From the IMG/VR virus record IMGVR_UViG_3300009181_007169: 22,976 bases of DNA. The stretch is one strand, 5' to 3'. The number at the start of each line of letters is the position of its first letter. The first letter of the stretch is position 1. The notes under the pieces were generated by a model that was not told the DNA's origin, did no database searches, and worked only from the letters and a program-made list of their open reading frames with translations. Source of the DNA: an uncultured virus (IMG/VR IMGVR_UViG_3300009181_007169) (lineage: Duplodnaviria; Heunggongvirae; Uroviricota; Caudoviricetes). This document shows, in pieces, positions 22,850-22,976 of the stretch. Both the position numbers and the translations under genes were made by a program.

Positions 22850-22976
22850 TTGGCACTCTCCTTGCCTTCATTGTAGCCTTCATTGTATGCTCTTGTTTGC
22901 TCATCTGTCCATCTTGGGTTTAGTTGTCTGCTCCATCCTTGGGAAGCATTCAATTTACCACAATATTTGCATATAT
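22846..22976 (-). CDS. partial gene, paralogue of 8823-9014
   Basis: ...ICKYCGKLNASQGWSRQLNPRWTDEQTRAYNEGYNEGKESAK*; DNA 22881-22949 closely matches 8861-8929. Confidence 0.8.
   Translation of the reverse strand, partial: ICKYCGKLNASQGWSRQLNPRWTDEQTRAYNEGYNEGKESAK

Noticed and set aside
1..22976. Stop-codon reassignment
   Set aside because: TAA, TAG and TGA all end genes at sensible boundaries, recognised proteins are full length in code 11, and no suppressor tRNA is seen.

Overview
AT-rich DNA that looks like the early or accessory region of a large (jumbo-type) bacteriophage. It holds about 55 short genes, almost all on the minus strand and mostly hypothetical, plus 7 tRNA genes and one split tRNA remnant. 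From ~2.7 kb to the window end, about 40 co-oriented copies of a ~64-bp intergenic element punctuate the genes. Its minus-strand consensus is CCCCTCCAAGGGGATGCCAGCCCG-TTTTTTCCA-GTTATAAC-N8-ATTATAAT-N4-ATG. Each copy starts almost at the stop codon of the previous gene and usually supplies the ATG of the next, so the region reads as an array of self-contained, apparently leaderless expression cassettes. Recognisable cargo: ArdC antirestriction protein, RlaP/YcgL-type nucleotidyltransferase, DEDDh exonuclease, HhH-GPD (Ogg-like) glycosylase, HNH endonuclease, KTSC-, DUF3846-, AbrB- and gp88-like proteins, and Trp-repeat proteins. Notable extras: (1) a cassette that carries a ~260-nt structured RNA with a permuted tRNA-like module instead of an ORF; (2) a tRNA split at its anticodon arm by an HNH gene that carries a complete tRNA-Thr(UGU); (3) a tRNA-fMet with a 24-nt hairpin insertion in its anticodon loop; (4) a strongly over-represented 10-mer, CAGATTGTGT; (5) a G/C-homopolymer locus at the array boundary. 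All calls were made by eye; no searches or folding programs were run.
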